Part shown: positions 22,981 to 33,833 of the stretch, piece after piece
Numbering within the stretch: the first letter of the stretch is position 1
Layout: every line of letters begins with the position of its first letter
DNA from: Octopus bimaculoides
Lineage: Eukaryota
Assembly (NCBI RefSeq): GCF_001194135.2
Contig: NC_068982.1
Coordinates: 14,419,216-14,470,775 of the forward strand
Direction of reading: 5' to 3'
DNA length: 51,560 nt
Notes under the pieces: model-generated
What the model was told of the DNA's origin: nothing
The model's input: the letters and a program-made list of their open reading frames with translations, nothing else
Database searches by the model: none
Translations under genes and position numbers: made by a program

Positions 22981-23989
22981 TCGGTGAAGGGAAGCACAAC
23001 ATGGCAAGAGAAATCTGCTACTGGACTCGTGGCTCATGGCTCCTAGAGAAATCCGTCATGTCGTTATTGATTCTAATATCGATGCATTTCGGCCAGAAAC
23101 AGAAGAACAACTTATTAAGTAAACGAGTAAATAAAATAAGCTCTTATATCTGTCTATATCTGCATGGTGACATTTGTCTTTTTTTCATAAATAAATTAAT
23201 GATTTAGTTAGTTATTCATTAAAAACTGTCACACTGACATGGCAAAAAAAGAAGAAAAAAAATAGTAAATTCTTTTGCAACACCATTTTTTTTTTTTTTT
23301 CCTTGCATCAGTTTTTACCATTTCCTTAGAAGTTGGCTCTGAAGGCTGGAGAAAGGGAGTAGGATGATGGCTACGGTGTAAGAAGACCCTGAAGAATTCG
23401 TGATCAGTTTTGTTATGGCAACGCATAAAAATGAAAGGATTTTCACATGATGGTAATTCTTAGAATAAGCAATTGTAATGCAAAAGGTAATAGAAAGAAA
23501 CGCAATGTAATAGAAATTTAGATGCGAAGAAGAGAAGAGTAGGCCATAGTGAAGAAGAACCAAAAAAAAAAGAAAAATGGAAGGAAGAAAGAAAATTTGC
23601 TGATATTCCGAATACCATGTATGCAAAGTTACCAATTCAAAAAATCTCAATTTAATTATATATGTGAATTAATGATAGAGCATGTTCTTCTGGTGATAAT
23701 AATAACCATGAATGCTAGCAGATGAAATTGGAAAAGTATCAACAGCTAGCCTTTCAGATGATCCGTCTCAAAGAAGGTGAAGCTACATGAATATTGCCAA
23801 CGCTGACAAGCTAGCTGTTCAGGTGATGTAATCAAAACAATTAAGGGAAATAGATTGGCTGGAGAATGAGAAGAAGAAGAAGTAATATAAATAGAAGATT
23901 GGATGGACTTGGGTGAAAACTGACTGAGCTGTTTAAAGGGTTTTAATAAAGTCTAGATATAGTCAGGTAATTTCTGGCCCAAAGCAGGC

Positions 23990-24219
23990 TTCTACCACTA
24001 CCACTACTACTACTACTACTACTAAAATCACCATCTCCATCACTACCACCACCACCACCCTCACTATTATTACTACTACCACCACCAACAACACTACTAC
24101 TACTACTACCACCACCACCACAATCACCACCACCCCACCATAAACACCACAATCACCACCACCACCATCACCACCATCATCACCACCACCACCACCACCA
24201 CCATCACCACCTACTACTA

Positions 24220-24250
<31 letters not shown>

Positions 24251-24290
24251 CACTACTACTGCTGCTGCTACTGTTATTGTGGTATCTGAC
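23990..24290. repeat. (ACT)/(ACC)/(GCT) microsatellite block
   Basis: Direct reading. Confidence 0.93.
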
Positions 24291-24454
24291 ATTATTACTC
24301 ACAAATTTGGTGAAAGGCAATGCATTTTTGAGGGAGGCTGTTGTCAATTCAATTGAACCCCAGTATATAACTGGTATTAATTGATCAATTTTAGAGAGAT
24401 TTGAAAACATCACTAAATATCACATTTATTCCCATAAGAAACTTACTTTACAGT

Positions 24455-24620
24455 AAAGTGACTCCTCCCAGCTTGCTAGAAATAGTTGTGAATCTCCCTC
24501 AAATAGCACCACACCATTTTAAATAAGGGGTAAAAAAAATACATTAGAGGTGATGTGGTGGCAGGTATTCCTGAAAAGACAGGGTGGTCATGATTAAAGT
24601 ACCATGATCAGATGCCCACT
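24455..24620 (+). mobile_element. Family F interspersed repeat, degenerate
   Basis: GCTAGAAATAG...CTCCCTCAAAT...GGTGGTCATG motifs shared with about 25215-25410 and 46325-46545. Confidence 0.5.
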
Positions 24621-24692
24621 TGATCAGTGTTGTCCTGAAACTAAGCAACAAAGCTGCAACCACCACCACCACCACCATGAATTACAATAATG

Positions 24693-24735
<43 letters not shown>

Positions 24736-24744
24736 TGATAATAA

Positions 24745-24862
24745 TAATAATGGTTTCAAATTTTGCCACAAGGGCAGCCATTTTGGAGGCAAGGGCGATG
24801 AGTCAATTACATCAACCCCAGTATGCAACTGGTACTTATTTTATCAACCCCGAATAATAATA
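24745..24862 (-). mobile_element. Family C SINE 3' part with (AAT)n tail
   Basis: GGTTTCAAATTTTGCCACAAGG...ACATCAACCCCAGT..CAACTGGTACTTATTTTATCAACCCCG. Confidence 0.8.
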
Positions 24863-25454
24863 ATGACAATTTCAGAGAATCGTACTGGAGCTTCTCCCAG
24901 CTTTGACAGCATGAGGCAGTCAAGAATCACTTCCATTCTCGAGTGAGGTGCACAACCATTTTATCGGAAGCATTTTCAACAAAAGACACTTGAATTCAGT
25001 ACCACATGTTAACAATATGCTCTACATTCAAATCCATCCCATGGTAAGCTGTACATCGTCATGGAACTTATTTGCAAGCTAGAGAAATATCTACTTTCAT
25101 TTCAAAGGATGAAATGCTCCACCAGTGAGAGACCTGGAACCTTAATGCTTGTGATACACTCTCAACTTAGTCAGAATCTCCATCAACTTGAAGAACACAG
25201 CTGAATAAGCAGAGGAAGGAGCCTCTTGCAAGACTTGCTAGAAATACCAACCATATCTCCTCAAGCTACATAGAGTCATCACATTAGAAAGGAGGGGTGC
25301 TTTATTCAATGCAGTCCTCAATGATACAATGTAGTAGTAAAAGTATGATGTGATGGTCATGGGGGGAATTATTTTGATCAAAGGTCTGCTCAATCAAGAA
25401 CAGCAGCAACAACTATACTACACATCCATGACTCTCTCTCTATCTCTCACTCTC

Positions 25455-25862
25455 TCTCTTTTACTCTTTTACTTGTTTCAGTCATTTGACTGCGGCCATG
25501 CTGGAGCATCGCCTTTAGTCGAGCAAATCGACCCCAGGACTTATTCTATCGGACTCTTTTGCCGAACCGCTAAGTTACGGGGACATAAACACACCAGCAT
25601 CAGTTGTCAAGAGATAGTGGGGGGACAAACACAGACACACAAACATATACACACACATACACATATACATATATATATATATATATATATACATATGTAC
25701 GACGGGCTTCTTTCAGTTTCCATCTACCAAATCCACTCACAAGGCTTTGGTCGGCCCGAGGCTATAGTAGAAGACACTTGCCCAAGGTGCCATGCAGCGG
25801 GACTGAACCCGGAACCATGTGGTTGGTAAGCAAGCTACTTACCACATAGCCATTCCTGCGCC
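25455..25862 (-). mobile_element. Family B SINE, full length, low divergence
   Basis: Complete head (minus strand begins GGCGCAGGAATGGCTATGTGG), CORE-like block, microsatellite and tail; CpGs largely retained. Confidence 0.95.
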
Positions 25863-26914
25863 TGTGCAAAAATTTCTTGCAAATCAGATAAATCACATTC
25901 CTTTCTGGTTAAAGATTTTGTCGACTGAAAGCCTCATTTATTAATTAGCATAGTAATTTTTTTTCATTCAGAAACGCAATAAGTTAAGGCATAAAGACTT
26001 TTTTTATGTTAACGCAGGTTCTTATTCAATAATATGGCTTTATTTTATTTATTATCTGGATATAGTGAATGCACCATCTTAGATATGAGAATAAAGAAAA
26101 ACATTTTTGTAGTGAGAAGGAGAAAGACAGAGAGATTGTGTTAGTGGACAAGAATGGTCCAGTGTCTTTGTCAAGGACAAAATGCAGTATATTGATGGGA
26201 TATGAACTGTGGAATTCATTAACTCTTCGGTGAGTAAGTCCAACATCACCATAATCAGTCAGCTGCAACTATCACTTGTGCAAAATAAACCATAAAAAAA
26301 AAGAAAAAAGAAACAAAAAACATTCCAAAAATGAAGTAAAATAGTTTTAACAATTGAATAAAAGAGTTTTTTTGTAATTTTGCTGTAAACCAGTTGGCAG
26401 CAGCAACAGCAACAACAACAACAACAACACAAATGATGGGAATAAAATAATGAGTAGTCTGCCTTATGATAATGATGATGTCATATCAGTTGCCATTGGT
26501 TACTAATGCACCAAAATCAGATTGAGCTGGTGTGTTTGTGAAAGCACTTCAGACATTTATAATAAGTGAATGCTCTATGTGTGGCTGTATCTTGATTTTA
26601 TTTGGTATTTACATGCTTCTGGGATTATTACATAGCAGACATTACACTGCTAGAAGAGACTACTAAGCTGAAGTTGGTTAATAATATCTTCAATTTCTTG
26701 CTTACTTCGTTTGACATGTGAACTTTAATCAATTCTCTACAGGGAGATATTCTGCCATTGTAAATCAAATTATGAGCTCTTTCTCTCTGCCCATCTCCTT
26801 TCGCCATCCTTCTCTATGTATCTCTGTCTCTTTCTTCTTTTCCTTCCTATCACTCAGACATTCATACACATTCTCCCTCGCTTCTCCCACTCTCTCTCTC
26901 TCTCTCTCTCTCTC

Positions 26915-26967
<53 letters not shown>

Positions 26968-27484
26968 CTTTCTCTCTCTCTCTCACATATACACACCAAG
27001 TAATCCATAAGTAAGGCAACATTCTACATTACATTAATGTTTAAATGCTACCTTATTTATTGGAGTCCTGGTATATACAAACATTATATAAATATACGTC
27101 TCAAACAGACAGTGAAAAACGAAAAGTAAGAGAAACAGACAGATAGAAAGAGACAAAGACAGAAAGAGAGAGAGACAGAAAGAGAGAGAGGGTGGGTGTG
27201 AGAGAGGGAAGGATTTTATTCCAAATATCTTATTACAATAAATACTAATTAAGAATTTGTTATTCTTCTTTTAATTTTTTTGTTTGTTTTGTTTCTTGAT
27301 AAATATTCAAGAATTAGGCTGATATAATCTAATTCTGGAATTAAACTGGAAACCAATAGATCTTTACAGTTCTTTACGTCAATACATAACTCACCAATTA
27401 TTACATTTATTTGGTAAATTGACATCCAATCCTGAAAATAAACACTTCTCTGCTTTTTGATTTGTTCTGTTGGTTTTCCACGAC

Positions 27485-27877
27485 TACAAGGTGATATCGA
27501 AAAGTTCCTGAACTCGTTATGTTTAATAAAAAATAACTTATTCACCTAAGTTTTAACATCAACTCCTTCAAAACAGTCCACTTGTTCAGCAATACTCTAG
27601 TCACAGCGTTCCTGCCACTTTGGGAATCCAGCCTGGAAGTCGTTTTTTGAGGACCTTCTGCAATTCGCTCTGGATCTCAACAATGGTGTTAAAACAGCAA
27701 CCTTTGAGCTGCATTTTCATCTTGGCAAAGAGGTGGAAATCTACAGAACACAAAAGTGATATCATGTTGTTTTTGGTAAGAAACTCATGAGTGAGAAAAG
27801 CTCAGTGACAGGGTGTATTGTAGTCATGAAGAAACCAGTTCTCCACGCTCCACAGATCAGATCACTTTCACCGAATG
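27485..27877 (-). mobile_element. mariner transposon 3' fragment (pseudogenised transposase + TIR)
   Basis: TIR TACAAGGTGATATCGAAAAGTTCCTGAACT; minus strand reads NWFLHDYNTPCH*AFLTHEFLTKNN...DFHLFAKMKMQLKG, a degenerate HHDNAP.H / SPDLAP.D region. Confidence 0.88.
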
Positions 27878-27879
27878 TA

Positions 27880-28448
27880 CCATTAATCCTTGAGTAAAGT
27901 CCACCCTTGAGTATAATATGCAGGGGATTTTTAGGGGGCTGTACCTCTGAAAAACCTAAACCTTGTGTATAATACGCATCCCTTCTCTAACTTGAGTCAA
28001 GGAGGTCTATATAACATCCTTGGTTTGTAAACATATATATGGTAACGTCCTTTATTATTATTGTATTTATAACATAATGCAGATGTATAGCTTTTTTGTG
28101 CACTTTGTTTGCAGAAAATATAGAAATAACAGTAATAACGTCAGTGAAAAATAAATATTAAGTAAACTGCCTTTACATATTTATCACTTAGAAAATTTTG
28201 CTTAGAAAATATTTTTTTGATTTTTAACCTCGTGTATAGTATGCACTAGAAATTTTGACCTTTAAATTTTGGAAAAAAAGTGCTGATTTTCTAAGTGATA
28301 AATATGTAAAGGCGTTATATAGACCTCCTTGATTCAAGTTAGAGAAGGGGTTCGTATTATACACAAGGTTTAGGTTTTTCAGAGGTACAGCCCCCTAAAA
28401 ATCCCCTGCGTATTATACTCAAGGGCGGACTATACTCGAGAATTTACA

Positions 28449-28449
<1 letters not shown>
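27880..28449. mobile_element. Tc1/mariner-superfamily (Tc2/pogo-like) MITE, 570 bp, ~136-bp TIRs, TA flanks
   Basis: 27880-28015 is the reverse complement of 28314-28449 with few mismatches; TA at 27878-79 and 28450-51; terminus resembles CCGTAAATCCTCGAG. Confidence 0.88.
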
Positions 28450-28511
<62 letters not shown>

Positions 28512-29449
28512 TAATCACATTTATAAATATTTCCTTCTCAGTATTAATTGCATAAAACTGAAGATGATTCTCACACTAATTGATTCTGTTTCAAAAGGAC
28601 ATTCTAAAATCATAACAAATGTATCTTGTTTATAACATGGAGCAAGCAAAAATAAATCCATATGCGCACATCCCTACCTACCTCCGCAAGCAATAAAGAA
28701 AAAGATATCAAACAAATAGAAAATGTAGTAAAAGAGAGAATCAAAGAAAGAGAAAGTAGACGAAATATAATTATACGAACACCTTCACCATATGTTGTTC
28801 CAAAGTTGTATTAACCACTGTCACTTCCATTTTCATTACGCGTACTTTGAATATTCTATCTTAACTGCCATTAATGAACAAAATCAACTCAACTTGTTCA
28901 CCTGTTCATTCCATTACAGAAAGCTCTTTATAGTTTCGATTCATAAAAGGTTATATTCTGCTTTTAATCCACCTTATGTATTATTTAAAGCTTTTATGGG
29001 CACAAAAAGAATATTCTCTGATCTCCCTTCTTCAATACCATATCAAAATGTTGGATAGCTTCTGACTAATACAAAGCCAATCTAAATTAAATGCTTCATT
29101 TAAATAACCGTTTGATGACTTGAAGTTCTGAAGTCAAAATCTTGTAAGTTTATTTTTTTAAGACTGAGTGAAAGAACAACAACAACAACAACAATAACAA
29201 CAATAGCCATCAATCGCTCACTTATTGCTCAGGATTACATTTCTATATTAACGACAAATAATGTAAAGACCAGAATCCAAGGAAGTAGCAACTAATCTAA
29301 AGGAGAAAGGTTGTTGACTGTCGATAAGTCTGAATGCTGTAAGCAATGGAAACTCTTACATTCTGTGGACTCCTGCTTTTCAGAAGAACCCTCATAATCA
29401 TTTGAAGTTTAAAAAGCCCCATTATATTTTTTTAATTAAATATTATTAG

Positions 29450-29797
29450 GAGTGGCTATGTGGTAAGTAGCTTGCTTATGAACCACATGGTTCCAGGTTC
29501 AGTCACACTGCATGACACCTTGGGCAAGTGTCTTCTACTATAGCCTCGGGCCGGCCAAAACCTTGTGAGTGGATTTGGTAGGTGGAAACTGAAAGAAGCC
29601 CGTTGTATATATGTGTGTATATATACATATGTGTGTGTGTGTGTGTGCATGCACGCGCGTGTGTGTGTGTGCGTGTGTGTGTGTGTGTTTGTGTGTCTGT
29701 GTTTGTCCCCGCCAACATCGCTTGACAACCGATGCTGGTGTGTTTACGTGCCCATAACTTAGTGGTTCGGCAAAAGAGATCGATAGAATAAGTACTA
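29450..29797 (+). mobile_element. Family B SINE running into a gap
   Basis: Head GGAGTGGCTATGTGG, CCTTGGGCAAGTGTCTTCTACTATAGCCTCGGGCC, microsatellite, 3' body to AGTACTA. Confidence 0.95.
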
Positions 29798-30334
29798 NNN
29801 NNNNNNNNNNNNNNNNNNNNNNNNNNNNNNNNNNNNNNNNNNNNNNNNNNNNNNNNNNNNNNNNNNNNNNNNNNNNNNNNNNNNNNNNNNNNNNNNNNNN
29901 NNNNNNNNNNNNNNNNNNNNNNNNNNNNNNNNNNNNNNNNNNNNNNNNNNNNNNNNNNNNNNNNNNNNNNNNNNNNNNNNNNNNNNNNNNNNNNNNNNNN
30001 NNNNNNNNNNNNNNNNNNNNNNNNNNNNNNNNNNNNNNNNNNNNNNNNNNNNNNNNNNNNNNNNNNNNNNNNNNNNNNNNNNNNNNNNNNNNNNNNNNNN
30101 NNNNNNNNNNNNNNNNNNNNNNNNNNNNNNNNNNNNNNNNNNNNNNNNNNNNNNNNNNNNNNNNNNNNNNNTAAAGTATCAATAAAAAAAACAATTACTA
30201 ATCTCGAAAATGTGGCTTCTAAAATTTGCAACCTCATCTTATCATTTTGACAAATTTCAGTTCATGCATGATTAGTTGAGGCTACTGAACAACAACAACA
30301 ACAACAACTTTGACAGATCGTCAAAGTCATCATT

Positions 30335-30546
30335 GTCATCATCATCATCGTTTGACGTCCTCCTTCCATGCTGGCATGGGTTGGACAGTTTGACAGGAGC
30401 TGGCCAGGTAGAAGACTGCGCCATACTTCTGTGTCATGGATTTTCATGGCTGCCAAATCAGATTGGAGGCTGGTGTTGCCATCCGGTTTCACCAGTCCTC
30501 AGTCAAATCGTCCAACCCATGCTAGCATGGAAAGCGGACGTTAAAC

Positions 30547-30582
<36 letters not shown>

Positions 30583-30645
30583 ATGCTGTTCCTAGCAACC
30601 ACCACTCCACGGAGTGAGCTGAGTGTTTTTTATGTGGCACCATAT
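30335..30645. mobile_element. Minus-strand family A copy with a plus-strand family A copy (about 30452-30580) inserted into it
   Basis: Antisense 3' end at 30335-30450, sense 3' end and (GAT)n at 30452-30580, host continues with TTCCTAGCAACCACCACTCC...TTTTATGTGGCACC. Confidence 0.85.
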
Positions 30646-30954
30646 TCACTATGTCAAAAAAAAAAAGCACTTCCAGAAACAATTTCATAAAAGTAATCAT
30701 CTATATCACCATCATTTCATGTCCTCTTTCTAAGCTGCTATGGTTACAATGGGTTGTCATGCTCTGAATCAGTTCTTATTTGGCATTGTTGCCTTCTTAG
30801 ATAAGTTAAAGAACCATGTTTCACTCACACAATTCATTTTTGGCATAGTCATTATGCTTGGATGTCTGTCCAAGTAAAAACTACTTCACATCATGCCATA
30901 GTAAATAAAATGTATTTCACTATGTCCTCAGCATTAAAGAGGTTACCATTAAAG

Positions 30955-31270
30955 AGGTGCCACATAAAAAGCACCTATGCCTCAATGCACCCATGCTGGT
31001 GGTATGTAAAAAGCACCCACCACACATTGTTAAGTGTTTGTTATTAGGAAGGGCATCCAGCCATAGAAACTGTTCCAGAACAGACAGTTGGAGTCTGGCC
31101 AGCTCCCTGCTAGCCAACTCCATGTCAAACTATCCGACCCTTGCCAGCATGGAAAGCGGACATTAAACGGTGATGATAACAACAATGATGATGATGACGA
31201 CGACGACGACAACGACGGCGGTAGTGGTGGTGGTGATGATGATGATGATGGTGATGGTGATGATGATATA
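30955..31270 (+). mobile_element. Family A (older subfamily) with long (GAT/GAC/GGT) tail
   Basis: TTAGGAAGGGCATCCAGCCATAGAAAC...CCCTTGCCAGCATGGAAAGCGGACATTAAAC. Confidence 0.85.
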
Positions 31271-31422
31271 TGCATACACATCAAACAAAAAAGAAAGATC
31301 AAAGGTCCTCTTTGGTTACAAGCGCATAAGGCGGCTTTCCCAGATTCTGTGGCATATATGTATATATATATATATATATAGGAGAGTATTGTAGTTCGCT
31401 TGAAGCATTGTGTATTGTTTGT

Positions 31423-31608
31423 AAAGAATAAAAAGTTTAGGAAGGTATAACAATGCAATATAGAACAAAAAATGGACTGTATACCTGTTGTAACATGGTA
31501 AACTGTAGTTCGATGATATTTCGGAATTAGAATTCCTTCTTCAGATCTTAATTTGCTGGAGTCTCTGCTATAAAGCATTGTTATACCTTCCTAAACTTTT
31601 TATTCTTT
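31423..31608. repeat. Perfect 34-bp inverted repeat enclosing a hammerhead motif; (TA)n on both sides
   Basis: AAAGAATAAAAAGTTTAGGAAGGTATAACAATGC (31423-31456) and its exact reverse complement (31575-31608). Confidence 0.9.
31508..31550 (-). ncRNA. Minimal type I hammerhead ribozyme motif with intact catalytic core (Penelope/retrozyme type)
   Basis: Minus strand: AAGAT-CTGAAGA-A-GGAAT-TCTA-ATTCC-GAAA-TA-TC-ATCG; G10.1-C11.1, palindromic ATAT stem III, 3-bp stem I. Confidence 0.65.
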
Positions 31609-31801
31609 TTATATATATATATATATATATTATGGAGATGTACTTGCATAGCAAGTGACCTGATCTGAGATCGTATGCTGGAACGAAAACAATTGCAGCG
31701 TGGAAGGGTTTTTATAAGCCATTTAAGAAACACGCAAAAACTGTTAGATTCACTTCAACATTTAAATTTAATTTGCCAAAATATTTTTGTCGCTTTGAGA
31801 C

Positions 31802-31847
31802 AGCGACCTGATGAAGAGTAAATACCCAGAAACCCGGGTCCGTGCGT
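31802..31847 (+). ncRNA. Hammerhead ribozyme-like motif, degenerate stems I and II
   Basis: AGCGAC-CTGATGA-A-GAGT-AAAT-ACCC-A-GAAA-CCCGGG-TC-CGTGCG. Confidence 0.5.
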
Positions 31848-32495
31848 ATCACGTCAGATCTACGATGGGAAGGATGACTTCGCTGCAAATACCGACAGGG
31901 CACAGAAAGTGTGTCAATAGCCAGCTGGAGGAGATGTTCTCCTGGGGCTAAAAGCTACAGTAGCATTCGCCCTTAGTGGTTAGCCACATTTAAGTGGCAA
32001 ATATACTTCACGTTGTCGTGCAGCTACTGTTTATACCTCGTTCAGAGANNNNNNNNNNNNNNNNNNNNNNNNNNNNNNNNNNNNNNNNNNNNNNNNNNNN
32101 NNNNNNNNNNNNNNNNNNNNNNNNNNNNNNNNNNNNNNNNNNNNNNNNNNNNNNNNNNNNNNNNNNNNNNNNNNNNNNNNNNNNNNNNNNNNNNNNNNNN
32201 NNNNNNNNNNNNNNNNNNNNNNNNNNNNNNNNNNNNNNNNNNNNNNNNNNNNNNNNNNNNNNNNNNNNNNNNNNNNNNNNNNNNNNNNNNNNNNNNNNNN
32301 NNNNNNNNNNNNNNNNNNNNNNNNNNNNNNNNNNNNNNNNNNNNNNNNNNNNNNNNNNNNNNNNNNNNNNNNNNNNNNNNNNNNNNNNNNNNNNNNNNNN
32401 NNNNNNNNNNNNNNNNNNNNNNNNNNNNNNNNNNNNNNNNNNNNNNNNNNNNNNNNNNNNNNNNNNNNNNNNNNNNNNNNNNNNNNNNNNNNNNN

Positions 32496-32690
32496 CATCG
32501 TTTAACGTCCGCTTTCCATGCTAGCATGGGTTGGACGATTTGACTGAGGACTGGTGAAACCGGATGGCAACACCAGGCTCCAGTCTGATTTGGCAGAGTT
32601 CTACAGCTGGATGCCCTTCCTAACGCCAACCACTCAGAGAGTGTAGTGGGTGCTTTTACGTGTCACCCGCACGAATGTCACCCGCACATA
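32496..32690 (-). mobile_element. Family A retroposon, low divergence
   Basis: CATCGTTTAACGTCCGCTTTCCATGCTAGCATGGG... through GTGTAGTGGGTGCTTTTACG. Confidence 0.93.
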
Positions 32691-32694
32691 TATA

Positions 32695-32735
<41 letters not shown>

Positions 32736-32789
32736 ATTCTCCCACACTGGATGGTATGCTGGTCAGTTGCAGGACTGACCTTTCTTTTT

Positions 32790-32912
32790 TGGCGACCAAG
32801 TGGACTGTAGTGACATAAATTGAAATGTTTTACTCAAGAATACAACACCTTGCCTGGTCCAGGAATATTACCATCATGATTGCAACACCCTAACCATTGA
32901 GCCATGTGCCTC
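32790..32912 (-). mobile_element. Family D-like CORE SINE 5' fragment
   Basis: GTGGACTGTAG...TTACTCAAGAATACAAC...CTAACCATTGAGCCATGTGCCT is antisense to the head at 14939. Confidence 0.65.
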
Positions 32913-32938
32913 TACATGCACACACATATACACAAGCA

Positions 32939-32990
<52 letters not shown>

Positions 32991-33833
32991 TATGCACACA
33001 CATACACATATACACACATGCACATGTGTATGTATAAATTCATAATAATGCTTTTCTATTGTGTGTGAATACCAGACCATATGGACAGATGAATGCAAAA
33101 GTTAATTTATCATTTCAAAGAATGATGATGCACAAGTTGGTTCCATCTGATATTCATGTCTTAGACATATAGAATAGTATTGTTTTGCCAATCTTCTGTA
33201 ACCTTTATTTATTATTTGGCAATTTATTCATTCTCTTAGTAACTGTTTGTAACAATGATTATCTCCTTTATACAATGACAGATATATAAATCTCGTTTGA
33301 TAAAGACATTCATAAATATATTGATATATTTAAATAATGTTTTTTTGCTTCTTTTGCTTCTTTTTTTTTTTTTTTATCACACACTCACCACTTAGAAAGT
33401 ATAATATTTAACAAATATAGGATAGAAAAATTGGCAATCAATAAAGTTGGCAATGTTTTATTGTCATGTGTATTGCTAAAACTAAAAGAAAGGTAAGTTA
33501 TTATAATACCAGGAAAAGAACATTTTTCATGCTAACAGTATAATAAATGGCTTGAAATTGCATAAATAATATACAAATGTACTTTAGTTAAAGAAATATT
33601 AGCACTAGTATGTTTTATATCAATTTTCGTGCTGGGGTTGGTTGGGTTTGCAAATTTAAGCATTTATATATTGCCTTGGAGAAGATATGATATTTTTATG
33701 ACTGAATACACATTGTTTAACCCTTTCCACTCTGGTGTTTATCTTTAAGGTAAGAAAATATCTTAGAAGCTGCTATTAAAAGGGATATTGATTTCTGACA
33801 GTGGCGTAGGTCCTTAAATTTGGGAGATGTGTG

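Noticed and set aside
23081-23094. Minus-strand GGCC-GAAA-TGCA-TC hammerhead 3' half
   Set aside because: No CUGANGA 5' half or matching stem II strand found upstream on that strand
23329-23390. Exon after a strong polypyrimidine acceptor (TTCCTTAG)
   Set aside because: Stops in all three frames and only a mediocre donor; cannot be supported without transcripts
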